Position numbers and translations under genes: made by a program
Assembly (NCBI GenBank): GCA_040285745.1
Contig: JAUFOR010000001.1
Span: 372,001-436,000, forward strand
DNA length: 64,000 nt
Direction of reading: 5' to 3'
Source: Barthelona sp. PCE
Lineage: Eukaryota
Shown: positions 1 to 15,000 of the stretch, one piece after another
Position numbering within the stretch: position 1 is the first letter of the stretch
Layout of the letters: the number at the start of each line of letters is the position of its first letter
Notes under the pieces: model-generated
What the model saw: only the letters and a program-made list of their open reading frames with translations
Databases searched by the model: none
Told to the model about the DNA's origin: nothing

Positions 1-3000
1 CAAATGACAAACTGTCTCTCAACAGAACGTTGAACAAGTGCATAGAAACGCATTTCTTCGGCATTCATGTCCATAGTGTTCAGAACACTAATCGAATCAA
101 CAATGATTTCAGCATCATCAAGACCCATAGCGATGTTGCTCTTCGCTCGTGCAGCAAGTGTAAGACCAACTGCAATACGCTGAGACTGCTCTTCCTCGAT
201 AAGAGCAAGAGGACCACGGCGAATGGGAACACGGAGGTACTTGTGAAGAACAGGAACAAGTTCGGGTTCAAATTCAAGTTCCTCAACCTCAAGAGAGGCA
301 GCACGGCGGACCGATGTGAGAATCTTGGCCTCCTTTCTTCCAATGCGCTTGGCAGGGATAGTCTCAAAGATATCAAGAATAAGTCTAATAATCTCAAAGG
401 TGGCACTGAAACCCTCCTTCTTCATAGCCTTCTTGGCAAGCTCTTGTGTAAGCAAGAATGCACTGTGAACTGTTAGAGAAGTCTCATAGAGTTCAGCTGG
501 ATCATCTTCATCAGAATCGTTGAAAGTTGCCTCCCAGTTATCGATTTCATTCTCGTTAAAGACATCAGCGTTGAATTCTGATTCGTCGAATTGCTTGGCA
601 ACACGGCGGAAGTACTTGGTCACCTTCTCACCAGTTTCTTCATCAGTCTCCTCGACGATCTCAATGTCTGAGCCGTCGTAATCACTCTCAACAGGAATGA
701 GATCGAAACCTCGGTTGAGAGCGTTAGTAAGACCATCGCCATCAACACCAGCGAAGCGTGACAAGGACTCAGCCAGAGCTGCAGCATCCTTGCTTCCCTT
801 GGTGTTATTGATAAGCTGCTTGAATGAACGGTACTGCTTAAGAGTAGCCTCATCAAGACCTTCTGCATCAAGAGCAGCGTCAAGATAATCAAGTCCCAGT
901 GCAGCCTTGAGCTGGTCAATAGGTTGAATCTTTCTGCGACGACGGCGAATGTAAATAATGAGAGGAACAATAATGAGAAGACAGATCACAATGACAATAA
1001 GTGCAATAGTGGTTGTAGGGAACTCTTCCTCACGCGTGGTGGTTCGGATGAATGCCTCAGCCTGCAACTTGATGGACTTAATCTGATGAACGGTGATGTT
1101 CTTAACGATAACACCTGAACCATCAACAATGGTGATGTTGGCAGTTGTGTGGATGTAAGAAGTCTTTGAAACGTTGGTCTGTGGGTGTTTGAAGCTCACA
1201 GCAACAACAAGATCCTTGTTCAGATCATCTCCTGCAACGGTGTGGTATGAACGTGAAGATACAAGCTTGGGAACAAACTTAGACATGGGCATAGGCTTTC
1301 TGTCAAGGATAAGTACGTTCTTCTCAGTGTAGTCGTCACAACCGTAGAAACCGTTTGCAGGGTCATAACGAGGTGGATTGGAAACAGGAGCGTCACAGAT
1401 AACCATCTCGTCAATATAGAGAGTTGTTGATGAAGAGCTCTCCAGCTCACTTTGATCGTTGATTGATGTCAGGCCTACATATGTAGCAACGTTGACGGTC
1501 TCACCAACAGAGAACATTGATTGACTCTGGGTAGGGTCAAGCACAAGAGAACTCAAAGCAATATCATTGCTGAAGAAGATGGAACCGAGGCCAACTGTAT
1601 TGAACTCGGTGTTGATGGGTTGGTAGAACATACTGAGTGTAATCTTAATACGAACAGTCATGTCGGGAACCTCCTCACAGAAGATCATTGACGTAACACC
1701 GTCAGGACAGTCTCTGAGCTTGAACTCAAAGAAATAGTCGCCTGCCAACAGGTTGGGAGCATCGACGGTTGTGAATGAGGTAATATTCCATGTCTGAACA
1801 TTAAGACTGGCACCGCTTCCCTGAATGTGCTCACCAGTGAACTCAAGGTCGTTGGTGCTTTCAACAAACTCAATAGATCTGTTGAAAGGCGATGTGACAG
1901 GGGTTTCAGAACGAAGAATGATGGTGTAACCATAAACTTCGCCGTATGTGTTAATGTAGTGATCGAAATCCTTGAAGCGATAATCACCTTCACCGAGGTT
2001 GTAGTGATCGCAATCGGAACCATTGCAAACATCATAAGTAATGTTGTTAATGGAGTAAGCAATTTCGAACTCAAAGTCAGTCTTCCATGATCCAATAACT
2101 TCATCGGCAGAAGCACGAGGCTTGATGATGGTAGCATAGAATGACCCTGAGAAGAGGACATTAGCTGTGTATTGGAACGTATTCATGACAACTGCGCGAA
2201 CATCCATAGAGTTATGACAGTGATCAATCATGGAAACAGGGAAACTACCAGTGTACTCAATGTAACCACACGAGGTGGATTCGAGATCCCAATACAAACC
2301 GGGATTGGAGTAAGCTGGGTAGATCATCGTGTTGAGAGAGTTTGCAACGGCGGCATCAGGAGCTGAACGAAGGAAGTCGAGCGGATCGACATTGTTCTCA
2401 GCAAGAAGAGTTCTATTCAATGCAGCACAGTAGTTAGGACGTGTGACACGGACGTTAGTACTGAACGGAGCAAAATCGATCATCCAAACGTGGCTACGAA
2501 TGTACTGAGCATTAATCCTTGTGGAAAGAAGGTTTGTAGTTTCGTTGAAAGAAACTGTGAAGGTGGGTGATACGTAATCATTAGACAACTCGTCACAGAC
2601 AGAAGGAGCCTGGTAGTAGAAGTCTTCACAGATCTTATCCGGATCCTCGGGAATACCATCACTGTTAGCAGTGAGACAACCGTATGAATCAGTTGAGTTA
2701 CACCAGCCGCAGAAGGAACGCTGAGTACAACTATCCTTTGTGCTGAATGTAGCACAGTCAACGGAACAGTCCAGACCTTCGTAACCGTATGAACAGTTAC
2801 AATAATCAGGAACACACCATGAACCCTCTGAAAGGAGTACCTTACCAGCACCAAGGAAGTGTCCAACGGAACTGGGACGGTTATAGATGGCGTTAGAGAT
2901 ACCATCTAGTTCATAGCTGTTGTCGCTCACAACAAGCAGAGACTCGTTACTCAAGAGACGAAGGTCAGTGAGTTGGGCGTTATTCTCAAGATATACAGCA

Positions 3001-6000
3001 CCGGAATGAACCTCAACCTTACCAAGTTGGAATTGGGAGGTATCACCGGAGTTCTTAACGAATAGACCAAAGCCGCAGTGGTCTCTCCAACGAGCAACAT
3101 CTGAGATCTCTACGGGTGTCAAATCGGAAGGAACTGAAGGACAGTTACCGTCAATGACTAGAGGAGTTGTGAAGATGTTCAGCGTTGTGTTATCATAAAT
3201 GTTGAGAGATGCATCGACAAGGTCGAATGAACCATCATCAACAAAGATAAGCGGACCGTTATGAGTGACTGAACCACCAGCAACAAGCAGAGCACCATGT
3301 ACATCAATGGATCCGTCAGAAATAACGTCGCCAGTGATTGTCAGGTTACCGTTGTGAACAGAGACACCGTTGTGAAGGAAGCCGTTCTTTTTAAGGACAA
3401 CCTTACCATCAGCAACAGTGACCTTCTTACCGAAAGATGCGGGGACATCAACAGTAATGTCACCGCCTAAAACGTATACGGGTGACTCCACCTTGATAGA
3501 AGAGGCACCAGATCCTTCAATGTCGACAGGTGCGCTTACAGTAAAGTTACCATTACTGTTTAAGTTGAGAACGGAATTAACGAGAGTAATATCGTTCTTA
3601 ACAGACATGTCCTTAGCGTAAATGTTGAAGTTAATGAAAGTTACCTCATAGTCTTCAATGTTCATTTCGTCAACGTACAGATCACAGCTATCGGAACAAC
3701 TCATGATTGTATCTGCAGTAAAGACAAGTTTGTTAACATCAACAACACATGATGTGAAGTGCTGCATTTCTTCGACAGTGAATTCGTATACTTCGATGAA
3801 TGACGATGTGTATGAAACACCATGTTTGGAACGGAGTTCACCAATTTTAGCAGTGACGTTTCCAGAAACATCAATAGTATCGTCACCAAGGGTAATAACA
3901 CCAGTGTTAGACATTGCAACACCCTTCTTGAGGGATCCAGCAGTCTTAACATCGAAAGTGCCACCAACAATCGATACTTCATCGTGGAAGATGACATTCT
4001 CGATCTCAAAGACACCCGTGCGATCCTTCTCGACAGTTCCGAAGAATTCAATCGTTGAAGATCCAGTTGTCACAGGTGCAGCGTTGGCACGGCGAATAAC
4101 AAAGTTTGTACCTGGAGCTGAAACAAGCTTACCATCGTTGATAATGAGATTACCTGTTGACCAAGTGGTGCTCTGGTTCAGATAGAGCGTGGCACCATCC
4201 TGGATGTACATATCAGCCGTACCTTGAAGAGCAATAGAGTTGGTGGAGTGGACAGAACCAGCTCCACGAATGTAACCCTTCTGGAAAATAATATCATCAG
4301 AAATGACGGAAACATCATTGAACATTGTCATAGTGAAGTTCCTGAGGTTAAGATTACTTGTTCTCAGAGGAGCTTCGACTGTTACGTCAACTGTACCAGT
4401 GAGATATAACTTCTCAACTGTAGTTTCGCTGTCTCCATCAATGATGAGCTTACCGTTCGTAAGCATGAGTGGATCGTTGGGTGTTGTAACAGTTGCACCA
4501 TTACGGAGCGTAACAATGTTGTTGTCAAAGACGATAGAGTCAGTAAGACTGACGGAAGCCCTGTCAACAAGTAAATCACCGTTGAGATCCAGAGGATAGT
4601 TGAGTGTGAGTACAGCTGATGCACCCACAATAGCATGAAGTCCAGAGTCCATTGTGAGGAGAGATGAAACAACAAGTGTACCTGTTGTATTTGAGAATTT
4701 CTCCAGCACAACATCACCACGTGTATGGTTGAAAAGTCCCTCGTTACGGAAGCCCTGAAGTTTGGACGTACCCGTTGTCATCTTCTTGAAAGTACCACGA
4801 TTAATGATACCACATGTATCAACGTCAATGTATGAAGAACATGAAGCACCCTCGATTGCGAGAATGGATGAAACACTATTAATGAGCGTTGAGGTGTTGA
4901 AGAAGTTGAGTGAGCCTGCCTGCCAGTGACCGTAATTGGATACTGTCAGCATAACGCTATCATGAAGGCTCTTTGCACCGGGACCAGAGATAAGAATCTC
5001 ATCGACATCAATCGTCAGAGAGCCAGTAAACATACCTTCGTAGAAAGATGAGTCGGAGGCTGTGATTGAGCCGGAACCAAGAACGGAACCAGCCTGGAAA
5101 ATAAATTCGTTGGCTACGAGTGATCCATCAATGGAAAGAAGACCAAGGGTCCACACACGAACTACATTAGAAACGACAACATCGGCACCGCTCTCGATGT
5201 AAACACCAGGTGCGGAGACTGAGAAATCTGGAATGTTGTATGTGAAACCTGTGACCCACTCGGGTACCGTCTTGAACACAAGATCACCGTTGGAAACAGT
5301 GATCGTAATATCGGAAACAATGCTAAGTGGCCACTCAATGTTGAGTGTAGCGCCGTTTCTTACCCAAACGTCGTCTGTACAGTTGTGCTTCTTGATCGAG
5401 AAAGAACTGTCACCAGAGTCGGCCTGGACACGACATGTACCAGAAATGGTACCGTTACCGAGGACGTTACCGCCCTGAAGGAACACGTTACCGTCAATAT
5501 TGATGTAGACACCATCAGCGACAGTGAGATCACCACCGCGAACATAAACTAACTTGTAGTTGGTGTTACCAATGTTGTTAAGAACACCACCATCAATATA
5601 ACAACGGTCAAATGTAGCAGGCTTGTTGGGAACAACCTTGGGTTCAGCGTCCACAACACCACCTTGAACATTGAGCAAAATCGTTGACGACATCTTTTCA
5701 GCGTTGTGGTAGAGATGCAAGTAACCGTCCATCATACTGATTTCAGAGATTACCAGACCTGCATTAACTGTAATATCGGTGGATGCACCATCAACAGAAA
5801 GCTTTCCGGTACCGTCGCCCAAAAGATCAGAACCAATAACATGAGTACCTGAACTGTAGCGAAGTTCACCTGCGTTGTTGAGTTCGATGATACCTGCATT
5901 CAGATCGGAAGCCTTGGCAATTGCCAAAACACCACCGCTAACAGTGATATTACCGTAGTTCTGGAGACCTGCAATCGTAGTCGTCTTGACAGATTGCTTA

Positions 6001-9000
6001 AATATCTCACCATGGTTGATGAGACTGAGCTCCATATCATCTGTATCAAAGTTTGAATCCTCACCAATAAGGTTAAAGTCACCATAATTGTAAAGCTTGC
6101 CTGTAGTTGCGAGCAATGAGCCCTTATGCCACTTCACCTCACCGTGGTTGTACAAGTTGAGGTTGGAAAGTGTCAATAATGATGTCATCTTCAACTCCAT
6201 CAGACCCATGCAGTACATAGATGCTGTAAGTTGGATGCTACCTGCTTCAAGAAGCATATAGTTAGCGTAAACATCCTGGTCACCTTCGAATACACCACCA
6301 CTGATATTGAGAGCAGCAGAGGCTACGTAACTCTCACGGACAGAAAGCGTACCAGCAGAGAGCTGAACGTCACCAAGGGTTTGGTTCTTACCGATAGGAG
6401 AGATGTTTAGACGACCACCCTGAATCTTGATGATGGGGTTGAAGCGGTTGGGTTGGAACCATTCAGAAACGATATCCATAACACCAGCGTAAATTCTAAA
6501 CTCAGTGTTGATAGAAGTGACTCCATCCATAATGAGAGTAGCATCTGCTTCATTGACAAGGACGCGACCACTTGTGACAGTGGCGTTCCATGTGTGAGTA
6601 CCGTTAGCGAGGTAGACAGATGAGAACTGATCCATGTCAATTGTGACATCCGTCAGTGTCATTGTGTCCTTTAGAATAATGCTGGAGAACGCAAGTTCCA
6701 TTGTACCACGAACATCGACGTTGCTCATTGTAGATTGACCAACAACGGTAATGAGACCATCAACTCTGACACCTGAAAGATGACTCTGACAAATGAGAGA
6801 GGTCATGTCAAACAAGTGAAGCTCACCCGAGGCATCAACAGTAATTGTACTGAGTGAAGTGACGTACAACTCAGATGTTGTGACTTCAAGTTTACCAACA
6901 ATATTGATTGTAGCACCATCAATCTCACTCATTGTGGGTGTGAAAGTGGCGGCAGCAGGAATACCTACAGTAGCCCGACCGTTCAAGAATCCACTCATTC
7001 CAAACGTTCCTTCAACGTGCACTTCAGAGCCAAGAGGCATCGTGAAGTTGGCAGAAGAAGAAAGAACTGTTGAAACTGTGAGATGGGTAGCTGCATCGAA
7101 TACAAGACCTGCACCGTTAATATTCATGCGATAAACAACAAATACTGCGCCTGCAAGGTTGGTAACACCATCTCCCGACTGTGTAAAGGTCTTAGACATG
7201 CTGTAATCATCCTGTAAGTTAACAATACCGCTTTCCTGAAGGAAGTTAACCTCAGTAGTTCCAGCAGTATTGACGGTTCCTGAAACAAGTTTGAGAGAAC
7301 CAGGGCCAGACACATTAGATGTTGCTGTGAAGTCGTAGACACCGCCATCCAGAACAACTGAACATGCAGCGCCAATGTAGAACAGATCTTCAAATGTGAC
7401 GTCATCAGTGAACGTCATGACACCCTTACGACAATCGATATCACCGTTCATAATGAGCGTGAAGTTCGTGTAGAAGGCGAATTCAGAATCGTAGATGAGT
7501 GATCCGTCGATTTGAAGAGTGGATCCTGTTCCTACAATCTCCATATCAGCAGTTGAGTCAAGAAGTAACTCTGCGCTGGCGGGGATTGTAATAGTAGCAC
7601 CGTCACTCACAACCTTGCCTGATTCATATACAAACAGATTGCTACAGGTGACATCAACACCGTTGGGTGCAATGAGATCGCCCTGAAGAATGAAGGAATC
7701 ACTAGTGGACATTTTGAGGTGATCACTGACAACCGTTGTTGTCGAATCCCATGTGATGTTACCACCCACAGAAATAAGTTGGTCACCTGAAAGTGTACCC
7801 TCTTCAATGACAAAGTCACCAGTAATGGTAGATGCAGCAGCAGCTGTAAGCGTACCACCAGTGAGCATAAGCTTTGTACCAATGGTCATAACTGAAAGAT
7901 CAGTGATAGAACCACCACTGGAAACGACGAGAGTGTCGATGTTGTACTTCGAAGGAGCAATATCAGCGAATGTGATAATGCCTCCTTGTAACTGAAGAAC
8001 ACCACTGCAGCTGAAACCGCTGACAATATCAAGCGTTCCGCCCTTAGTGATGAAACCTGTACGATCGTTAGTCAGATCGAGAGTACCTGCAACAGTGAAC
8101 GTACCGGAAGACAGCTCAACTGAGCCTTCTCCAGAAATAGAGGCACCAGAGTCGAGATGACTGTTACCACCGTCTAATTGAATAAGACTGTCAGCAGCGA
8201 CGGTGACGTCACCGTTAAAATCGTTATCAGCACGCAATAATAGAGTACCACGATTAGAATTAAAGACTCCATCAATCACAAGACTCCAGTCAATCGTAAG
8301 ACGTCTGGGTGTGTAAAGAGTGAACGTTCCGTCAACCTCAATTACATCAGCGCCTGAGCCCTGAATAGCGAAATTGTAAAGTGAATTTGAGAGGAATTCA
8401 CCGGCAGCACCAACTTGAATGTGAGCGGAGCCGAAAGAAACAATGTTACCCTTCTTTGTGATGAAGCGACCTGTGGGTACAGTAATAGTAGGATCATTAC
8501 GAATGGTAAGAGTACCATCAACAACAAAATCACCATCGACAGATATTGTCTGGCCAGAACCAAGAATAGTACCAGATGCCCATGTGACTGAACCGCCGAT
8601 GGTCACATCAGCAGTACCATCAAGGAAGGTTGATCCGGTGGAAGAAAGCTCACCACTGATCTCAAGGATAGCGTTGGTTGTGAGGTTACCACCTTCGAAG
8701 TAGTAGTTCTGTGAGATATCTACAGGTCCATCAAGAAGAACAAGACCGGCAGTCTCTCTGATAGTATCGATAATGTAGGAATTAGCATCACCACGGGACT
8801 CAAAGTGAAGAATACCATCAGTGCCGTTGATGAGTAGAGGAACACCAGGATCAGTGGTTAACTGGAAGCCCTGATGAGCGTTAAGCGTTCCATTCTCTAC
8901 GTAAACAACAGCTCCTGTTTCAAGCCAGAGATGACAAGCAAGGTTGAGGATTGCGCCGTCAACAACACCGAAGTTGAAGGGACCACGAATAGTGGAGGAA

Positions 9001-12000
9001 CCAGTGATGGTACCACCCTGCAGCTTAAGAGCGTCAATAACACGAAGGTCAACATTGAGCACAAGAGTGCTGCCAACCTGTTGAATGAATTCACTAATCT
9101 CAACCTTACCATTGACTGTAAGTGTACCAGTTGTAAGTGTGATCTTGTCAACCACGTACTTGGTCTGACTCGTGTGAGCAGATGAAGTCATCTGACCAGC
9201 AACAATAATTGCATTCTTATCTGTTCGAATGTTAGCATCCTCACTTAAGATAAGATTACCTGAAGCTGTAATTTCGAAGCTACCAGTTGTACCAATATCA
9301 ATTGAAGCTTTGAGATACACAGGGTCCTGACTAATGGAAATGGCGTTTGAGGATACGAGGGTACCTACACCTTGGATGATTGTATCAGCCTCGAAAACTG
9401 AGGTACCAAGTACCTTGAGATCTGAATCAAGATCCAGAGTAGCATCATTAACTCGAAGTGAATCAACAATTCGTACATCACCATTCATTGTAAATGAACC
9501 ACCATTAATAACAGCCAGTGCCTCAATAAGAATTGAGTGTGGGTTCGTAGCATCTGCATCAAGAATACCACTGCCTGAAACAATGATTTCGTTCGAGTTT
9601 TGTGAAAGTGAAGTATCCTTTGAGAGATACATTGTTCCAGATTGCACAGTGAACGATCCACCAGTGAGACTCAGTGAACCATCGAAGTAGTAGTCACCAC
9701 CGTTAATGTCAACCAAACTTGAAGACTCAAGTACTGAATCAGCGTGAGAGAAGTGATCACCACTATTGAACACAACCTTACCAGTACCACGAATAATCAT
9801 CGTTCCGAAGTTATCAGACTTGGTATCGAGCGTTAGTGTGTTTGAATCAACATAAGTAACGTTCTCGTTGCGGTAACCTTCGAATGTAGAATCGCTGTCG
9901 ACAATGAGTGTACCAAGGTTTGTAAGTGCAGCCGTACCATCAGAAAGGAAGGTTAGACCGGCTCCAATCGTGAGATCAGCACCAGCTGCGACAGTAAGAC
10001 GACCTCCTGCAGAAGCAGTGATTGTGTTACCATCTACGTTGGCGGAACCGAGGAACTGAACATCGAAACCGTTGAGGACAAGAGGAGATGCTCCTACAGC
10101 AAGGGTTTCTGATACAATAAGACGACCGTTATCCTGAAGAACAGGGTTTCCGACAGTGACAGCGTGGCCCCAATCGAAGTCCTTAGTCCTAATGGAACCT
10201 GTACCTCTAATAACACCATCGGTAAGAGCAACCTTACCACTCACAGAAACAATACCGTTCATGAAGAAGATACCGCTGTCCTTGACAATAATGTTATCCA
10301 TTGTGTAGTCTGCAAAACCAACTGATGGCAATGCAAGAAGTGTACCGCCTCTAACAACAAGCGAGTTGCTGTCAGAGTTAGCAATGGTCGTACCAACATT
10401 CATCGTGATTGTACCGTCCATAAGTGTAACGACACAACCCTCAAACAGGTGGACCTCATCGTGGAGTGAGAGTGAGGCGGAAGCCTGATTGATATTAATA
10501 CCAACACCGTCACAGCTGAGGTTAGAGCCTGAGAAGAACTCATGAGCACCAACGACGTACAAATTGAGCATACCAATATTGGTGATGTTAAGTGTACCGT
10601 ATACATCAGTCTTGGTCTTCAGTGAAAGACTACCCTCTGTGACACGAAGCTCACCACCTGCCTTGACAACCATGTTCTCGATCTCAAAGTTGACAGAAGT
10701 CGTAAAGAGACCGTACACAAACATATCTGATGTAATATCGGCGACAATATAAGTTCCGCCATCAACAGTAAATGTAGCGTTAGCGTTAACTGAAAACTTA
10801 GAACCAGATGTAATGCTGAGAGTGGAACCACTAAGTGTACCAGTGTTCATAACATACATCTGGAAGTCAGAGTCAATAAGAACAGCACCTGTACCATCGA
10901 ATGTGATTTCATCAAATGCATAGAGCGTTGTCTGACCTTCGAAAGTACCAGTCTTAATAATAGATGGACAGTTCAGGAAAATCCTTGCATTGTAATCAGA
11001 GTTACTATTGGAAATAGTTCCAGAAACAAAGACAAAGGCCTTGTCTACAATGAGGGTTCCATCAACAACAAGTGTGCCGCCGCTAACTACAAGGTAGTCG
11101 AAACGGGCAATCTTGCCTGAAGGAATCGTGAGGGTGCCTGCAGTTAGAGTGAATTTGTATGTGCCTGTTGCATCAACAACATCGACGCCATCCAATATCA
11201 TACTACCAGCGCTGAACTCAACATCATTGAACAAATTAACAGTACCTGTAAGAACGCTATCTGACTGCACACCGTTGAAAACAAGATCACCATTGACATT
11301 AAATACAGTGGTGCTCTCTGTTACAAGTGTCATGTTACCCAATGTAAGAGTGCGAGACGCATCAATATCAACAGTACCCTTGAAGAGATAGCTAGTGTGA
11401 TAAAGCTCAACATCACCAGCGCTGAGTGAAACTGCACCGTTGAAGTTAATAGGAACATATGAAGAGAAGACATACGCAGTTGTAATGTCGAAAGATCCCT
11501 TCCAGTCAATCAGAGTACTTGTGCTATAATCAACGCTATCTAAAACAGCGTTGGTAGTGGGGCTCATGGTGAATGTACCAGTGACAGAACTTGTGATTGT
11601 GGCAGAACCATCCATCACAAGTGAAGGAGTGGTCCAAATCATATCCTCAACAGCGATATCACGGTTGATGATAACCTTGCGGTCACTTCCATCAACGTTA
11701 AGAGTACCATCGACTGAAATATCACCGTTGTCCTGGATTACACCACCCTCGAATGTGAAATCGTTGGTTGTGTGCACCTCACTGAAACTACCCTTAAGCA
11801 CACCACTGCGCATGAACAAATCAACACAACGGAGCTCAGAGTTTTCTTGAGGGAAGATAACAGGGCTTGTGCCGTAGACATCAAGCGTTCCAGTCATATA
11901 AAGCTTCGAATCTCGCTCAAGCTTCAGGACACCGTCATTGAAGACGTTAACGTTGTTAAGAGTCACTGCGTTGGATGCAACTGGGTCTTCCTTGATAAGA

Positions 12001-15000
12001 AGAGTACCACCACCAATATTAAGCACGTTAGCAGCAAGAGTAGCAGTGTAATAGAGTGCTACATGTCCAGTAGGTTCAAGGTTAATGAGCAAGCTTGCAT
12101 CAGCGTCAAAATCACCATGGATATGTGTGATGGATGTGTTAGTGAACTCATAGTCTATTGTTCCAGTGGAACTGAATGACTCTTCAAATGAAGCAACGCT
12201 GTAATCGAACGTAATAATAGGGTTGGTGGAGATGGCACCATGACTGGAGAAATCTCCTTCAACAGTGATAGTATCACGAAGTACAGTCGTAGAACTATCA
12301 GTAAAGTAAGTCGTGTTCTTGAGCAGAGCTTCAGTGAGCATAATGATGTCGGACTCGACGTAGAGGTGACCCTCGTTGATGAATTTGGCACGATTTGGTG
12401 TCTCCTTCTTATCAACAATTGAAACGGGTGCAGTAACGTGCATTTCACCATAGTTAACAATGGTGGCCTTATTATCAAGAACCAGATCCGAAGACAGGTC
12501 TGTAGACTTATAAAGCTCGATGCGGCGTTCTGTAACTGTATGAGCAGTTGTATCGATTGAGATGTCGCCGTAGAACTTTGACACAGAACCAAAACCGCCC
12601 AAGACAGTTGCCTGCCATGTTGTTACATCATTAGAGATGGTTGTACCACCACCAATCATTGTACCATCAAGCAATTCCATAGTACTATCTACTTCCACAT
12701 CACCATCGATACTTAAATCACCATTTGTTAATCTGAGAAGATCAAAGATATGGAGGTTAAGTCCGAAACCAACACTAACTTCTCCGTCGAATATCTCAAG
12801 TACACAGATGTCAATATTCTCGAAAGCTCCAGATGTAGTCATTGAGATGAGACCACCATGTAACATGAGTGCGCCGTCACAGTTATCAAAGACTGCAGGA
12901 GCTCTAATGTACATCTGACCAATATCAGTAACGTTGATGTTAGAAATGTTAGTGAAACCAGAGAACGTGACGGTTGAATTGTCAATGGTAACGTTACCGT
13001 CACCAATAAGCTTACAAGTAGAACCAATGAAGAAGGTCGAAGCTGCAAAGACAAAGTGACCATCGCTGGAAACATTGATGAGACCTGCAAGGGAACCACC
13101 GCTCTGTAAGGACATTGTACCATCGTTAACAATGACGTCACCGTTGAGCACGAAACTCGACTTCAGGTTAACATCAGCAGAGATGTTCCATAGACCATTA
13201 ACTGTCAGATCACCATCCAAATCGATAGTAGCAGGAGTTAATGAACGAAGTTCACCAGTGGACTCAATCGTGAGTGCACCATCCTGTGTTGCCTTCATGT
13301 CACCGGAAGACCATGATAGGAGACCGGCAACCTTTAGGGTTCTCTGAGTCCATGTCTTGGTTGTTGATCCAACAATATAGAAGTTATTCGAAACGTATGT
13401 GATACCATAACCGCGCATAACACCATCGTACCAGTAAAGATCACCGTCAGAGACAGTAATAAGACCTGTTCCCTCGATGACACCACCTGAGAAATTGAAG
13501 GTTCCTTGTGCCACCTCCAAGTCAGCATCAAGTGTGACAGTACCGTTGTTGATGAGGACATCACCGTTAACAACGAGAGGGGAATCTGAATAGAGTACAC
13601 CGTTATTGAGTGTAACATTTGAAACTTCTGCGGGGGATCCAATACCACCACCGACAAACGAGAATGTAGCACCTGAAATGAGAATCGGGAGCGGAACTGT
13701 GAAGGAAACTTCAGGGTAGAAGCGAACTTCACCATTCGAAGCCTCAATCTGTGAAGACGGGTCAAGATCGAATGTACAGTAAGCGTCAACGTTAGTACCG
13801 TTAATGAGGAAGGATCCAGTACCAGACATCGTCAGAGTGTCTGAAAGGAACGCAGTACCACCCTGAAGGATGAAACTAGACGTATCGAGGAACTCAATGT
13901 TACCACGATATGAACCATCAACCATCATATAAAGATCAGTATCACCTTGAATACGAAGAGTACCATTGTTATCAAGGAAAATGGATGCCCAGACAGGGGT
14001 TCCAGTTTCGAACAGGAAAGTACCCGACTCAAGGTTCTTGAGAAGAGGCGTTGAAAGAGCAGGAGCCGTAAGGTTAAAGTTAGGCTTCTTGAACTCAAAT
14101 GTGCCGTGGTTCTCAATAACAGGAGAATCTTCAAGTAATAAATCACCATCTGTGAAGGTAACCGTTCCCATATTAACAATCTTCGATTTGAACACCTTTT
14201 GATCAGCACCATAGATCGACATATCACCCTGGTTATAGATGGTTGTTGATCCTTGAATGTTACCGCTGATCCAGTGAGAATCACCAGGTAATATAAAGTC
14301 ACCAGTACCAGTGAGGACACCTTCTTCCAACTGGAAGTAGTTGCGGAGCTCAATGGTAGCCATATCGGCTGTGAAAAGTGACTGAATAGATGTGATGTTT
14401 GTTGAATCCATAACAACGAGATCACCAACAACATACAATGAACCGTTCTTCATGAGAAGGGAATTCAAAGTGTAACAGTTCTTGGAAGGATCCAACTGCT
14501 TGGGAACGTACACGGAACCACCTTCGATAATGAGGTCGACACCGTAACGCAAAGCATCATTACATGAAGATGGCAGAAGGGTAACCATTGCAGTACCGGA
14601 TACAATAACGGTTGCCTCTAAAGGACCAAGTTCCTGAGAACCTGAATCAATAATAATGGCTGAACCTTGTGTAACGACTGTACCACCTGTGATCATAAGC
14701 TTCTCCTTACCAAACTCAATCTTACCGTCCTCTAATGCACGAATTGTACCACTAGAGTAACCACCACCAATAAAAGCAATGGAACCGTTCAGAATATCAA
14801 TCTGGAAAGTGTTCTCGATGGACCACTCCATACGAACTCTGTTAGTCAGTGAATTATGAATGTTGGGTGCTGCAGGTCTAATAGAAGAGCACAAACCAGC
14901 GGCTCGAAGAGGATCATTGATATCGAACAATGTGTCAAAGTTCCAATAGCCAATGAGACCACTATGCTCATAGTTATCAGCGCTGAAGAGCTGAATACGC

